Below, in pieces: positions 51,725 through 61,124 of a DNA stretch of 64,000 nucleotides. The notes beneath the pieces were generated by a model, which worked only from the letters and a program-made list of their open reading frames with translations, was not told the origin of the DNA and searched no databases. Origin of the DNA: an uncultured Polyangiaceae bacterium (GTDB lineage Bacteria; Myxococcota_A; Polyangia; Polyangiales; Polyangiaceae). The stretch spans positions 14,847 to 78,846 of the forward strand of contig CAZDNG010000020.1 of assembly GCA_964506835.1 (NCBI GenBank). Direction: 5' to 3'. Positions within the stretch are counted from its first letter, which is position 1, and every line of letters starts with the position of its first letter. Both the position numbers and the translations under genes were made by a program.

Positions 51725-52921
51725 TCAGAGGCCGGATGCGTACGCGACGTCGCCGCTCGCGGTGAAGTAGAGGCGGGTACAGGCGGCGTTGGGTTTCGCG
51801 TCGGGGAACGCGCCGATGGTGACGGCGGTGTCGAAGGGGATCCCGGGGACGTCGCGCGACGCGGCCTTTTCGGCGGGTGTGGCGGTGTCGAGGAAGTACA
51901 GCGTGAGCTCGTCCGAGGAGATACCGGTCGGCAACTGGTAACCCGTGGACCCGCTCGAGAAGAGGGTCGCGCTGAGGTATTGCGAGTCGCCCCAGCTGCC
52001 GCTCGTCTTGGTCGCGGTCTTGACGCTCGCGTATCCGAAAATGTCGGTGTGGTAGTAGAGCGTCGCTCCGTTCTCGGAAACGACCGGCGCGCTGTCGAGC
52101 TCGCCGGCCTGGATCGCGAAGACGTTGAACGTCGCGAACGGCGCTTCGTCCGCGACGGCAACCGAGGCGTCGAGATCGCCCGCGTCGACGGCGGGTGCGC
52201 CCGCGTCGGAGGCGGCCACGGAGCCATCGAGGTTCGCCGTCGTCCCGGGCGGCGGTGGTACGACGCGAACTCGACCACTACCGACGAATGGATCTGCGAG
52301 CGTGTGCCGCGCGATCTGCGCGAAGCCGACGTGGGTGTCGCGAGCGCCGATCAAGACGAGCCCATCGGCGCTGAGCGCGAACCCCTGCGACGGATCGAGG
52401 TTCGCGAACGGGTCGATCACTCGGGGAGTGCCGAAGGCGGCCGCGGCCGATGCGCGGTCGGCGTAGTAATAAGCCGTCCCGCCGCCGGTGGTTCGCGAGA
52501 ACACGACCGTGGTTTCGCTCGGCGTGATCGCGAGCAAGCGCGCGCCGGGCCCGAACCCGAGCGGCACCGAGGACGACGACCATTTGCCGGTCGGTGAACA
52601 CGCGGCCTTCGCGGGCTTGAGCGCGTCGTAGTCGACGTCGACGGCTTTGACGTCGGGGAGCGTGCTTGCGTCCGACGGCGCATCCATGGAGGCGTCAGTC
52701 GACGCTTCCGTCGTGCCGCCACCGTCGGTCGGCGACGTGCCGCCGGCACCGCCGCTGCCCGCGTTGCCCGAGTCGTGACCGGCGTCTTTTTCGGGGTGAG
52801 AACCGCCGGCCGCGTCCGGCTCATCGAGGAACGGCGGCGACGAACCGCCGCCGCAACCGAGCACGATCAGGGCGCCCCAACCAGAAAGCAGAAGCGAAGC
52901 AAGAGGGCGAGCCATGATCAT
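51725..52921 (-). CDS. lipoprotein, TolB/PD40-like beta-propeller candidate
   Basis: Lipobox ALIVLGC. Gly-rich linker. Strand-rich repeats (..ITPSETTVVFS.. / ..LSADGLVLIGA.. / ..VSENGATLYYH.. / ..ISSDELTLYFL..). ATGA overlap with the upstream giant gene at 52918-52921. Confidence 0.6.
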   Translation of the reverse strand: MIMARPLASLLLSGWGALIVLGCGGGSSPPFLDEPDAAGGSHPEKDAGHDSGNAGSGGAGGTSPTDGGGTTEASTDASMDAPSDASTLPDVKAVDVDYDALKPAKAACSPTGKWSSSSVPLGFGPGARLLAITPSETTVVFSRTTGGGTAYYYADRASAAAAFGTPRVIDPFANLDPSQGFALSADGLVLIGARDTHVGFAQIARHTLADPFVGSGRVRVVPPPPGTTANLDGSVAASDAGAPAVDAGDLDASVAVADEAPFATFNVFAIQAGELDSAPVVSENGATLYYHTDIFGYASVKTATKTSGSWGDSQYLSATLFSSGSTGYQLPTGISSDELTLYFLDTATPAEKAASRDVPGIPFDTAVTIGAFPDAKPNAACTRLYFTASGDVAYASGL

Positions 52922-55900
52922 TCCGAGGGTACGCAGCTATAGGAGACTTTCCAATTCGAAAGCGACGGCGTGGAAAGCTGATCGGCCGCCGGTGAGAGCC
53001 GTATCGTGAGGTACAGATACGGTGAGTTCACGAGCGACTGGCCCGCCGCGCTGAGCGGTGTGAACACGTCGAGATCTTGCGGGCCGGTCCACGTCGAATC
53101 GAAGCGACCGATCGACACGACTCCGGACGTGGTGACCGCCGTCGGCACGACGGGGAGCTTGGCGAACCCCGTCGAGGTCTGGCCCGGTTGCACGTAAAAC
53201 TCGACGTACGAGGTCGACGGCGCGACCCCGGTCCAGAACACGAAGTCCCATTGCGACGTCGTGCCCGCAGGACAAACCGCCTGATAGAGCCGCGTGAAAT
53301 TGCCCGGAACGAAGTAGGTTTGTTGGTACGTGGGCGTCGGGGGCGGCACGTAGCACTGCTGCGCGACGCAGCTCGTGCCGCCGCAGCAATCGCCGTCGAC
53401 CTGGCAGAACGCGCCGACCGGCGCGCAGCTCGTCGGTGAGGGCAAGCCCGCGCAATGGCGAGTGACGACACTCGTGAGCGGCAGATCGATGCGACACGTC
53501 GCGGTGGGTGACGTGCCGGTGCCGCCGCAGCAGTCGTCGTCGGCGATGCACGAGCCGCCGCTCGCCGTACAGGGGTCGAGCGTCCAGAAACCGCGCTCGT
53601 TGACGTAGCCCGTCGCCGGCGTCGATGAGTAATGCTGATCCGGTAAGAAGTACGCAGGGTGACTCCGATCGACGCCCGCGCTCGGCGTGTCGTCGATGGC
53701 GGCGACCCAGAGCATGCTCTGCACGCTCGAGGGAACGAGCATCGGCGAGAAGCTCGAGGGGTTCGAGTAATCTTGTTGATCGGTGAGGTTCAGGGTGTTG
53801 CCGTAGGGGCGCGTGCTCGTGAACACCACCCATCGATAACCACCCGCGGAGACCGGGAGCATCGTCGGTTGGAACGACTTGTTCGCGTCGAGCGTGCGCT
53901 CGCCGACATTCAGGTTCGCGAGCGGCACGGCCGTGGGCGTCGTGGCGGTGGTGTCGATCGACGTGAGCCAACCCGGTGTTTCGTAGTAGTCGGTCGGGCC
54001 CATGAAGCCGTAGTGGGTCCAGCTGTTGATGCAGCAATACGACCCGGGCGGCGTGTTGCTCACGACGAGGCTGTGTGAGTCGCCCTCGAACGTCGGCCAA
54101 CGCATCACGTTGCCGGAGGGAAACGTGCTGGTGATCAGTCGTCGGTTCTTGAAGACCTGGTTCGGCTGATCATAGTCGAACATGCCGATGCCCTTGCGCC
54201 AGCCCGCGCCGTCCGATTCGTCGCCGCTGATGTACGCGAGCTTCGTCGAGTCCGGCGAGAAGGCCGGCACCATCATGGTCGCGCCTTCGAGTCCCCAGTT
54301 GCCCTTGGAGTTGGCGGTGACGTCGGTGGCCGCAGTCGTGCTCGCGGTCATCGAGAAGACGTTGTAGTTGTACCCGTTCGAGTCGTCGCCACCGTCGCGG
54401 GTGACGCCGGCGTACGAGTTGTACGGGCTCGGGAAGAGGTTCGCCGTCGGAATGTCGACGAACGCGCCGCTCGAGTTGCACGAGGTCGGCGGACTCCACT
54501 GAATGTCGATCGACGCATTGGTCGCGGTTTGCTGGTAGTCGACCTTGATGTCGTATCTCTGTCCGCCGTTGAGCCAGATCGCGCCGGTGTCGGTCGATAT
54601 GCTCGAGACGTTCGAGACCACGCGCGTCGTGCCGACGTAAATGCGCGCGTAGTCGTCGTGGATCGCCCGGAATTCGTAGGTCCCGGTGCACGGCGCGAGT
54701 ACCTGACCCGTCCAGCGCGCGCTCCACGACGTCGTCGTCGGGTTCCACGCGGAGTTCGAGCCGAACGTGCCGCTCATCGGCGGGGCTGCGCCCCAGTTGA
54801 AGTCGATCGTCGGGTCGATGCGCGTGAATGCCTTCACCGTGCCGTTCGCGACCTGCGAGCCCACGGCGGAGAGCGTCCGGTTGAAGTTCTTCCCGCCGCC
54901 GTAGTAGGTCGCGGTGAGACCGTTCGTCGGCGCGACGTACGAGGTCGGCGGGTAGAGGTGCTCCATCGGCACGAACTCTTTCGCGAGAAGCACGGTCGCC
55001 CCGCTCTTCACCGACCAATAGAAGAGGAGCATCGCCGTGCTCGACGTCTCTACGTGCGTCATCTTCAGCGGGTATTTCTGCCCGGCGGTGAGGTTCAGCG
55101 TCGTGGCACACGTGAGCGGAGACGCGACCGTGTGCGCGGTCGCCGTGTCGCAGACGACGGTGTTGTTCACCTCGACGTGCCCGGTGTCGTCGTTCGCGAT
55201 GTAGAACGTGTACGTGCCGGTGTACGGGGCCTCGAGCTGGCCGGTCCAGACGTCGCTGAAATTGTCCACTCCGAGGGTCGGATCCGGTCCGTAGGAGCCC
55301 CAGTTCACGCCCGCGGTGGGCTCGATGCGCGAGATCGCCGAGCCGGTGAACGTCGTGTTGTTGTAGTAGCTCGCGAGGAGACCGTACTGCTGGGTGTTCG
55401 AATAGAGCTGCTCGGCAGGGACGACGGTGGTCGGGGTCAGCGTGCCACCCCACTGCATCTTGATGGATTGCGTGCCCGTCGTGTGCACGTCGGTCAGCGT
55501 GATGTTGTAGTACTGGCCGGCGACGAGATTGGCCGTCCCGGTATAAGCCGTCGCCGTCGTGGAGCCCGCCCACGCCGATTGATCGATCACCGTGGTGCCG
55601 CCGAGAACGAGCTTGAAAGCGTCCGTGCTCGTGATGGTGAAGGTGACCGTTTCCGTGAACAGCGCTTGGAGCTGTCCGGTCCACTTCACGGAGTAGTTCG
55701 TAGAAGGAGTCGGCCCGCCGGGGCTGCTGCTGCCCCAGGCGAAGTTGATGAATGGATCGGTGCGAACCCAGGGCGTCCCGGCGAACGCGGTGCCGGAATA
55801 GTACTGGCCGTAGAGACCGAGGCCGGTTCCGGCGGATTGGTAGGTCACGGGAATGCTGACGTTGTGGCTCCCGTCGATACCCACCACGGTCTGCGCGGTG

Positions 55901-57969
55901 TTGCCCCAGAAATTGCTCGCGTAGAGCAGGAATTGGCCGTCGGGCGACAACGGCGCCCAGGCGAAGCCACGCCAGTCGTTGGTGCCCACCTGGTACTGCG
56001 CATCGCTCGGCACGTCGAAGAGGTTCGTGAACGTGCCGCTCGCGGAGATGCTCGAGATGCCGCCGTTGGTGCTGTACGAGCGCTTCGACGTCGCGAACAT
56101 CGCGCCGTTCGCGGACATCGAGTGGCACACGGGGCAGCCGTTGGTGAACACGGCGGTCGCGCTCGCGGCGCCGCTCGGGTCGACCGAGCGGATCGTCGCT
56201 GCTTGCGGCGAGCGAAGGTATTCCGTGTACACGATGCGCCCGCGGAGTGGCGCGGTGGAAAACTTGATGGGCCGCACGACGGAGCTCATGAGTGCGCCGG
56301 CGACGTAGCGCTGAACGACGTAGGCACCGGTCGAGCCCTTCGCGGTTTGCTCGAACGCGGACCAGACGGCGGCCGGGATTGTCGCTTGGGGCGTCGTTCC
56401 TTCGGCGATGACCTCGTCCCAGGAGAAGGACGGCGTGCCCGTCGCGGGATAGCGAAGCCCGACCTTCACGGCCGTCGCGGCGACCCCGCCGTTGCTCCAT
56501 TGAATGAGCGGCGGCGCGGTACCCACCGGGAACACGGTGTTCGCGTACGGATAGAGCACGGTCAGCGTGGAATCGGCCGACGTGGTGCTGCTCGTGAACG
56601 TGGATGCGGTGATGCCGGCAGGCGCGTTCCGCGTGTCGACGACTGCGACCACCACGTTGACGGGAGCCGTGTTGAAGAGAGTTCCGGCAATGCCCTTCAC
56701 GTTGAGCGTGCCGGCAACCGGGGACACGACCTGGAACAGGCCGGTGTTGTCGATCGTCGCCGTCGACAGCTTGTCGAGCGTCCAGGCCGCCGTCACGTTC
56801 GTCCCGCAGTGCGCCGCGGGGAGCGCGTTCGCGGTGTACGTGACCGTCGCGGGAGAAACCGTGATCGGCGGCGCCGACGACGAGGGCGGTCCGAGGTTCG
56901 TCGAGGGGATGATCTGATTGGTGAAGGTGCTCGACGACCACGCGAGGTGCACCTCGTCGCCGCCGGTCGCCTGGAAATATTCGACCCTGAAGTCGTACTT
57001 CTGCCCGGCGACGAGGTGTATCGACGCGGACGTCGTCGGGGTCACCCCTTGCGTGACCCACTTGTCGATGATGAGCGTACCGCTGAGCCACATGCGGCTG
57101 CCGTCGTCGGAGCTCAAGGTGAACTTGTAGTTGTCCGTCGTGGTCGGGATGATGACGCCGGTCCAACGCACGGAAAAGTTCGTCGTGCCGAGGCCGCCCA
57201 CGCCGGGCGCGCCGCTCGACCAGTTGAAGTCGATGTTCGGATCGTTACGCGTGCCCGCGGGAGTTTGCGTCGTCGGAATGCTGGTGGGCTTGCCCGACGA
57301 GGTGTAGTTCTCCGCGTTGAAATACTCGCCGAGCGGATACGTCACCGGATTGATGTCCGTCACGGTGACCGTCTGCGTCGCCGGGATGACCTGAAGCCCC
57401 ACGCAGGCGTTCGTCGTACCCGTTCCGGTACCGGTGGCCTTCACGATGCGCTGGTGCGGTTGAAGGACGAGACCGCCGTCGGCGCTCTCGCCGATGCCGC
57501 CGTCGGGAAGCTTCAACCCAACTGCCGTGTCGATATAGTTGTAGCAATAGGGGTTGCACGGATCGTCGAGACACGCCGATGACTTCCCGAGCGCTTCGGG
57601 GCGAAGCGACTCGAGCAGATTGTTGGTGTCGCGCGTGACCACGCCGTCGACGGAGCAGCTTCCCCAAACCCCGCCGGTGCACTGCATCGTGCCGACGCTG
57701 CAATCTACCGTGCCTTCACTCTTGCGGATCGCTTCACCGCAATCTTGCGTCTCGCCTTCCGTGCTGCACGAGCAACCGGGCCCAGGAATCCTGCACGATC
57801 CCGCTATCGGCGTCGGCGTGAATCCGCCCGAGGGAAGCGGCGGAAGATCACCGTTGTTCTGCGAACATCCACTGACGAACGACAATACGACGAGAGCAAG
57901 GACCTCGAGGGATCGCCAACGCCTCGACCCATGCGAGGGGCGCTCGAGCTTCTGCGCAAAGAAGACCAT
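52918..57969 (-). CDS. 1683-aa lipoprotein with four PA14 modules, propeller-like segments, a CXXCH motif and Cys-rich C-terminal modules
   Basis: ATG at 57969. Lipobox VLSFVSGC. PA14/GLEYA-type modules lie at about aa 213-350, 717-842, 863-986 and 1017-1159, each with Y[FY]....F.G......DP.I.F.W, NFS..W.G...., and Y.F....DD......G. The alternative frames 54170..57166 and 54529..57582 are Arg/Gly/Asp-rich shadows. Confidence 0.85.
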   Translation of the reverse strand: MVFFAQKLERPSHGSRRWRSLEVLALVVLSFVSGCSQNNGDLPPLPSGGFTPTPIAGSCRIPGPGCSCSTEGETQDCGEAIRKSEGTVDCSVGTMQCTGGVWGSCSVDGVVTRDTNNLLESLRPEALGKSSACLDDPCNPYCYNYIDTAVGLKLPDGGIGESADGGLVLQPHQRIVKATGTGTGTTNACVGLQVIPATQTVTVTDINPVTYPLGEYFNAENYTSSGKPTSIPTTQTPAGTRNDPNIDFNWSSGAPGVGGLGTTNFSVRWTGVIIPTTTDNYKFTLSSDDGSRMWLSGTLIIDKWVTQGVTPTTSASIHLVAGQKYDFRVEYFQATGGDEVHLAWSSSTFTNQIIPSTNLGPPSSSAPPITVSPATVTYTANALPAAHCGTNVTAAWTLDKLSTATIDNTGLFQVVSPVAGTLNVKGIAGTLFNTAPVNVVVAVVDTRNAPAGITASTFTSSTTSADSTLTVLYPYANTVFPVGTAPPLIQWSNGGVAATAVKVGLRYPATGTPSFSWDEVIAEGTTPQATIPAAVWSAFEQTAKGSTGAYVVQRYVAGALMSSVVRPIKFSTAPLRGRIVYTEYLRSPQAATIRSVDPSGAASATAVFTNGCPVCHSMSANGAMFATSKRSYSTNGGISSISASGTFTNLFDVPSDAQYQVGTNDWRGFAWAPLSPDGQFLLYASNFWGNTAQTVVGIDGSHNVSIPVTYQSAGTGLGLYGQYYSGTAFAGTPWVRTDPFINFAWGSSSPGGPTPSTNYSVKWTGQLQALFTETVTFTITSTDAFKLVLGGTTVIDQSAWAGSTTATAYTGTANLVAGQYYNITLTDVHTTGTQSIKMQWGGTLTPTTVVPAEQLYSNTQQYGLLASYYNNTTFTGSAISRIEPTAGVNWGSYGPDPTLGVDNFSDVWTGQLEAPYTGTYTFYIANDDTGHVEVNNTVVCDTATAHTVASPLTCATTLNLTAGQKYPLKMTHVETSSTAMLLFYWSVKSGATVLLAKEFVPMEHLYPPTSYVAPTNGLTATYYGGGKNFNRTLSAVGSQVANGTVKAFTRIDPTIDFNWGAAPPMSGTFGSNSAWNPTTTSWSARWTGQVLAPCTGTYEFRAIHDDYARIYVGTTRVVSNVSSISTDTGAIWLNGGQRYDIKVDYQQTATNASIDIQWSPPTSCNSSGAFVDIPTANLFPSPYNSYAGVTRDGGDDSNGYNYNVFSMTASTTAATDVTANSKGNWGLEGATMMVPAFSPDSTKLAYISGDESDGAGWRKGIGMFDYDQPNQVFKNRRLITSTFPSGNVMRWPTFEGDSHSLVVSNTPPGSYCCINSWTHYGFMGPTDYYETPGWLTSIDTTATTPTAVPLANLNVGERTLDANKSFQPTMLPVSAGGYRWVVFTSTRPYGNTLNLTDQQDYSNPSSFSPMLVPSSVQSMLWVAAIDDTPSAGVDRSHPAYFLPDQHYSSTPATGYVNERGFWTLDPCTASGGSCIADDDCCGGTGTSPTATCRIDLPLTSVVTRHCAGLPSPTSCAPVGAFCQVDGDCCGGTSCVAQQCYVPPPTPTYQQTYFVPGNFTRLYQAVCPAGTTSQWDFVFWTGVAPSTSYVEFYVQPGQTSTGFAKLPVVPTAVTTSGVVSIGRFDSTWTGPQDLDVFTPLSAAGQSLVNSPYLYLTIRLSPAADQLSTPSLSNWKVSYSCVPSE

Positions 57970-58072
57970 CCTTCCATCGTGATTCAGTGTGCCCCGCTAT
58001 GCAATCACTGCCGGAGCTTGGCGTACTCACCTCGCAAAGTCTGCGAGGGCGAGTCCGTGGTAGGAAGTGGGC

Positions 58073-59485
58073 ATGTCGGGCGAGCTTCTTCGAGACGGTC
58101 GCTACGAGATCGTCGGCACCCTCGGCGAGGGAGCGCAGGGAACGACGTTCGACGGCGTCGATCGCTCGAACGGTCAACCGGTGGCGATCAAGCGCTTCAG
58201 CGTGAAGGGCGCCAAATCGTGGAAGGACGTCGACCTCGCCGAGCGCGAAGCGAACGTTCTTGCTTCGCTGTCGCACCCCGCCCTACCTCGTCACGTCGAC
58301 CACTTCGAGGAAGCGGGCGCGCTCTACCTCGTGATGGAGAAGATAGAAGGAGAGACGCTCGCTTCGATAGCGAAGCGCGGTGCACGATTCTCGACTGCCG
58401 ACGTCGTTCGCTTCCTCGGAGATGCAGCCACACTGCTCGACTACCTCCATGGACGCTCGCCGCCGGTCATTCATCGCGACATCAATCCGAAAAACGTCCT
58501 TCAGCGACCGGACGGGTCGTTCGCGTTCGTCGACTTCGGCGCGGTGCGCGATCGCCTGAAGCCCGAGGGCGGAAGCACCGTGGTCGGCACGTTCGGCTAC
58601 ATGGCGACCGAGCAATTCCAGGGACGCGCCTTGCCAGCTTCCGACGTCTACTCTGTCGGCGCGACGGCGCTCCGCATGCTCACCGGCGTGGAGCCCGAGA
58701 ACCTGCCGCACCGCGGGCTCGCGATCGACGTGCGCGCCGCGCTGGGACCGAGCATCGAACCCGAGCTCCGCCGGGTGCTCGAGAAGATGCTCGATCCCGA
58801 CCCCGACCGCCGCGCCTCGAGCATTCGCCCGTTACTCGCGTCGCTCGCGAGCGCGCGGGCGAGCCGCCCGGCCCCTTCCAGCCGGAATGAAACGAGGCCG
58901 AACGCCGGCGATCGCGCCGGGCAGAGTCGCCGCCACGACAACCCCTGGGGCGGTAACCCGGTGGACTGGGAACAGTTCGCCCGGGACGTCACGGCGAGGG
59001 CGTGGGAACCGTACGCGCACTACGAACAATCGCGACATGCTCGACGCCGCGCCGAGCGCGACGCCAGGCGCGAGCAGAAGCGTGCACGACGGAGGCGCCG
59101 ACGCGGTCCGCTCCGGGGTCCGCCGCTACTATTCGCGCTACTCGGCCTCAATGTGGCCATGCTCGTGGTCGCGGTGGCGGTCGGTTTCGCCGTGCCGCTC
59201 GCGCTCACCGTGCTGTCGATCTTGTTCGGACCCGCGCTCCGATCGGCCGCCCTCCGCGTGCGCGAGGCGGCTGGCCGCGCTCACGAATCGATGCGCGACG
59301 CGCGGCGCTACTTGATTGAGGGACCCCGCGCGTCGTCCGAACCGCCTCGGCCTTCAGGAGTGCGCGTCGACGCCTCGGACGTGACGGGCGCGGCGCGGCA
59401 ACGCGTCGAGACCGACGACGACGTGATCGACACGACGGGCACGGACGTCGATTCGACGACGCGCGGCCACGCGGATCGTCAATAG
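58073..59485 (+). CDS. Hanks-type Ser/Thr protein kinase with a C-terminal membrane anchor
   Basis: GEGAQGTTF (G-loop), VAIKRF (Lys), HRDINPKNVL, DFG, and GTFGYMATEQ. Arg-rich linker followed by a TM segment LLFALLGLNVAMLVVAVAVGFAVPLALTVLSILFG. ATG at 58073 is preceded by aggaag. Confidence 0.85.
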   Translation: MSGELLRDGRYEIVGTLGEGAQGTTFDGVDRSNGQPVAIKRFSVKGAKSWKDVDLAEREANVLASLSHPALPRHVDHFEEAGALYLVMEKIEGETLASIAKRGARFSTADVVRFLGDAATLLDYLHGRSPPVIHRDINPKNVLQRPDGSFAFVDFGAVRDRLKPEGGSTVVGTFGYMATEQFQGRALPASDVYSVGATALRMLTGVEPENLPHRGLAIDVRAALGPSIEPELRRVLEKMLDPDPDRRASSIRPLLASLASARASRPAPSSRNETRPNAGDRAGQSRRHDNPWGGNPVDWEQFARDVTARAWEPYAHYEQSRHARRRAERDARREQKRARRRRRRGPLRGPPLLFALLGLNVAMLVVAVAVGFAVPLALTVLSILFGPALRSAALRVREAAGRAHESMRDARRYLIEGPRASSEPPRPSGVRVDASDVTGAARQRVETDDDVIDTTGTDVDSTTRGHADRQ

Positions 59486-59513
59486 CGGCCGCGCCTCGCC
59501 GAATGATCCGGCC

Positions 59514-59537
59514 GCGCGCGAGTCGGCGCTCGCGCGC
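59514..59537. terminator. GC-rich hairpin between convergent genes
   Basis: gcgcgcgag-tcggcg-ctcgcgcgc (9-bp stem), between the stops at 59485 (+) and 59541 (-). Confidence 0.35.
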
Positions 59538-59540
59538 CCT

Positions 59541-61112
59541 TCAGTGCGCTTCGGCAGCGGCCTTCGCGTTTTTCAGATCGGGCTTCGGCATCAACAAGAC
59601 GAGGGGCATCGCAAGGAAGACGAGCACGGCCGTTGCGGAGAACGTGTCGGCGAATGCCATGACCATCGCCTGGATGTCTACGGTGTGATCGAGGAGGCTC
59701 ATGGCCTTTTGGCGAGCCTCTTCGAACGGGAACCCTTTCGCCAGGAAGCTCTGAGTGAAGGCCGAGATGCGGTCCATGGTGAGCGAGTCACTCGGCACGA
59801 TCTTTTCGATGAGCACGTTCCGGTGGAACTGCTGCCGCTGGCTCAAGAGGGTCGAGAGAAGAGCCACGCCCACGCTGCCGCCGAGCTGCCGAGTGAGACT
59901 GTAGAAGCCGCTCGCCGCCGCGACGTCCTTTTTCGGTACGCCGCCGAGCGTGAGCAAGCTGAGCGGCAGGAACATGAACACGGTCCCGAACGAACGAATG
60001 ATGAGCGGCCAGAAAAAATTCGATTCGCCGGTCTGCGGCGTGAGCTTGTTCAGCTGTAAGAGCGCGACCGCGAGAATGAGCGAGCCTCCGACGAGCATCA
60101 GCCGCGCCTCGACTTTTCGAAGGATGCGCGCGCCGAGCGGCATGGCGACGGTCGACGCGAGCGCGCCAGGCAAGAGCAAGAGCCCGGTGTCTTGCGACGT
60201 GTATCCGAGCATGGTCTGCGCAAATAGCGGCACCGCGAAGAGCGCGCCGAACAGCGCCATCCCGACGACGACCGAAAGCACGCTTCCCACCCAGAGAGAT
60301 CGATAGCGGAGCACCCGAAGATCGACCACCGGCCGCTCGGTGACGAGCTCGCGCCACACGAACGCCCCGAGCCCGACGACGGCGGAGATCGAGAGTGTGA
60401 CGATGAACGACGACTCGAACCAATCGTCGGTCTGACCCTCCTCGAGGACGGTCTGCAGCGACCCGAGGCCCCCCGCGAGGAGAAAGATCGCGAGCCAATC
60501 GACGCGCGACGCGGTCCGATTTTCGGGATCCTTGGGGAGCGCCGCCATCGTCATCAACACGGCGAAGATGCCGACCGGCAGATTGACGAAGAAGATCCAG
60601 CGCCAGTCGACGTTGGTGACGAGATAGCCGCCGAGGGTCGGGCCGATCGTCGGACCGGCGATGACGATCGCGCCGAACAAGGCCTGCGCCTTCGGCTGCT
60701 CTTCCTTGGGGAACGTCTCGAAGAGGATCGCTTGCGCCTTGGCGAGCAGACCGCCGCCGGCGAGTCCCTGGATCACCCGCGCGATGACCAGCATGGGGAA
60801 CGTCGTCGCCGTTCCGCAGAGCATCGACGCGATCGTGAATCCGATGAGCGAGAAGATGAAGTAGTTCTTCTTGCCGTAGCGCTGACCGAGCCACGCCGAG
60901 AGCGGCAAGATGATGACGTTCGCGATGGAGTAGCTCGAGACGACCCAGCTCACCTGCGTCAACGTCGCCCCGAGCGAGCTCTGGATGTCGGCCAGCGCGA
61001 CGTTCACGATGCTGGTGTCGATCACCTCGAGGAGCGCGCCGAGCGACACGGCGACGGCGATCGCCCATTTGTTGGCGGGCCCCGCGTAGGCCGGAGCCGC
61101 TGAGACGGTCAC
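59541..61112 (-). CDS. emrB: DHA2-family MFS multidrug efflux transporter (EmrB/QacA type, 14 TMS)
   Basis: 523 aa, about 14 helices, N-terminal VAVSLGALLEVIDTSIVNVALADIQSSLGA and the MFS motif LSAWLGQRYGKK. Confidence 0.8.
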   Translation of the reverse strand: MTVSAAPAYAGPANKWAIAVAVSLGALLEVIDTSIVNVALADIQSSLGATLTQVSWVVSSYSIANVIILPLSAWLGQRYGKKNYFIFSLIGFTIASMLCGTATTFPMLVIARVIQGLAGGGLLAKAQAILFETFPKEEQPKAQALFGAIVIAGPTIGPTLGGYLVTNVDWRWIFFVNLPVGIFAVLMTMAALPKDPENRTASRVDWLAIFLLAGGLGSLQTVLEEGQTDDWFESSFIVTLSISAVVGLGAFVWRELVTERPVVDLRVLRYRSLWVGSVLSVVVGMALFGALFAVPLFAQTMLGYTSQDTGLLLLPGALASTVAMPLGARILRKVEARLMLVGGSLILAVALLQLNKLTPQTGESNFFWPLIIRSFGTVFMFLPLSLLTLGGVPKKDVAAASGFYSLTRQLGGSVGVALLSTLLSQRQQFHRNVLIEKIVPSDSLTMDRISAFTQSFLAKGFPFEEARQKAMSLLDHTVDIQAMVMAFADTFSATAVLVFLAMPLVLLMPKPDLKNAKAAAEAH

Positions 61113-61124
61113 GGTGAAGCTCCT

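Noticed and set aside
54170-57582. 998-aa (minus strand) and 1017-aa (plus strand) ORFs overlapping the PA14 gene.
   Set aside because: Both are Arg/Gly/His/Asp-rich with no domain signatures. The third frame (52918..57969) carries a lipobox and four PA14 modules.
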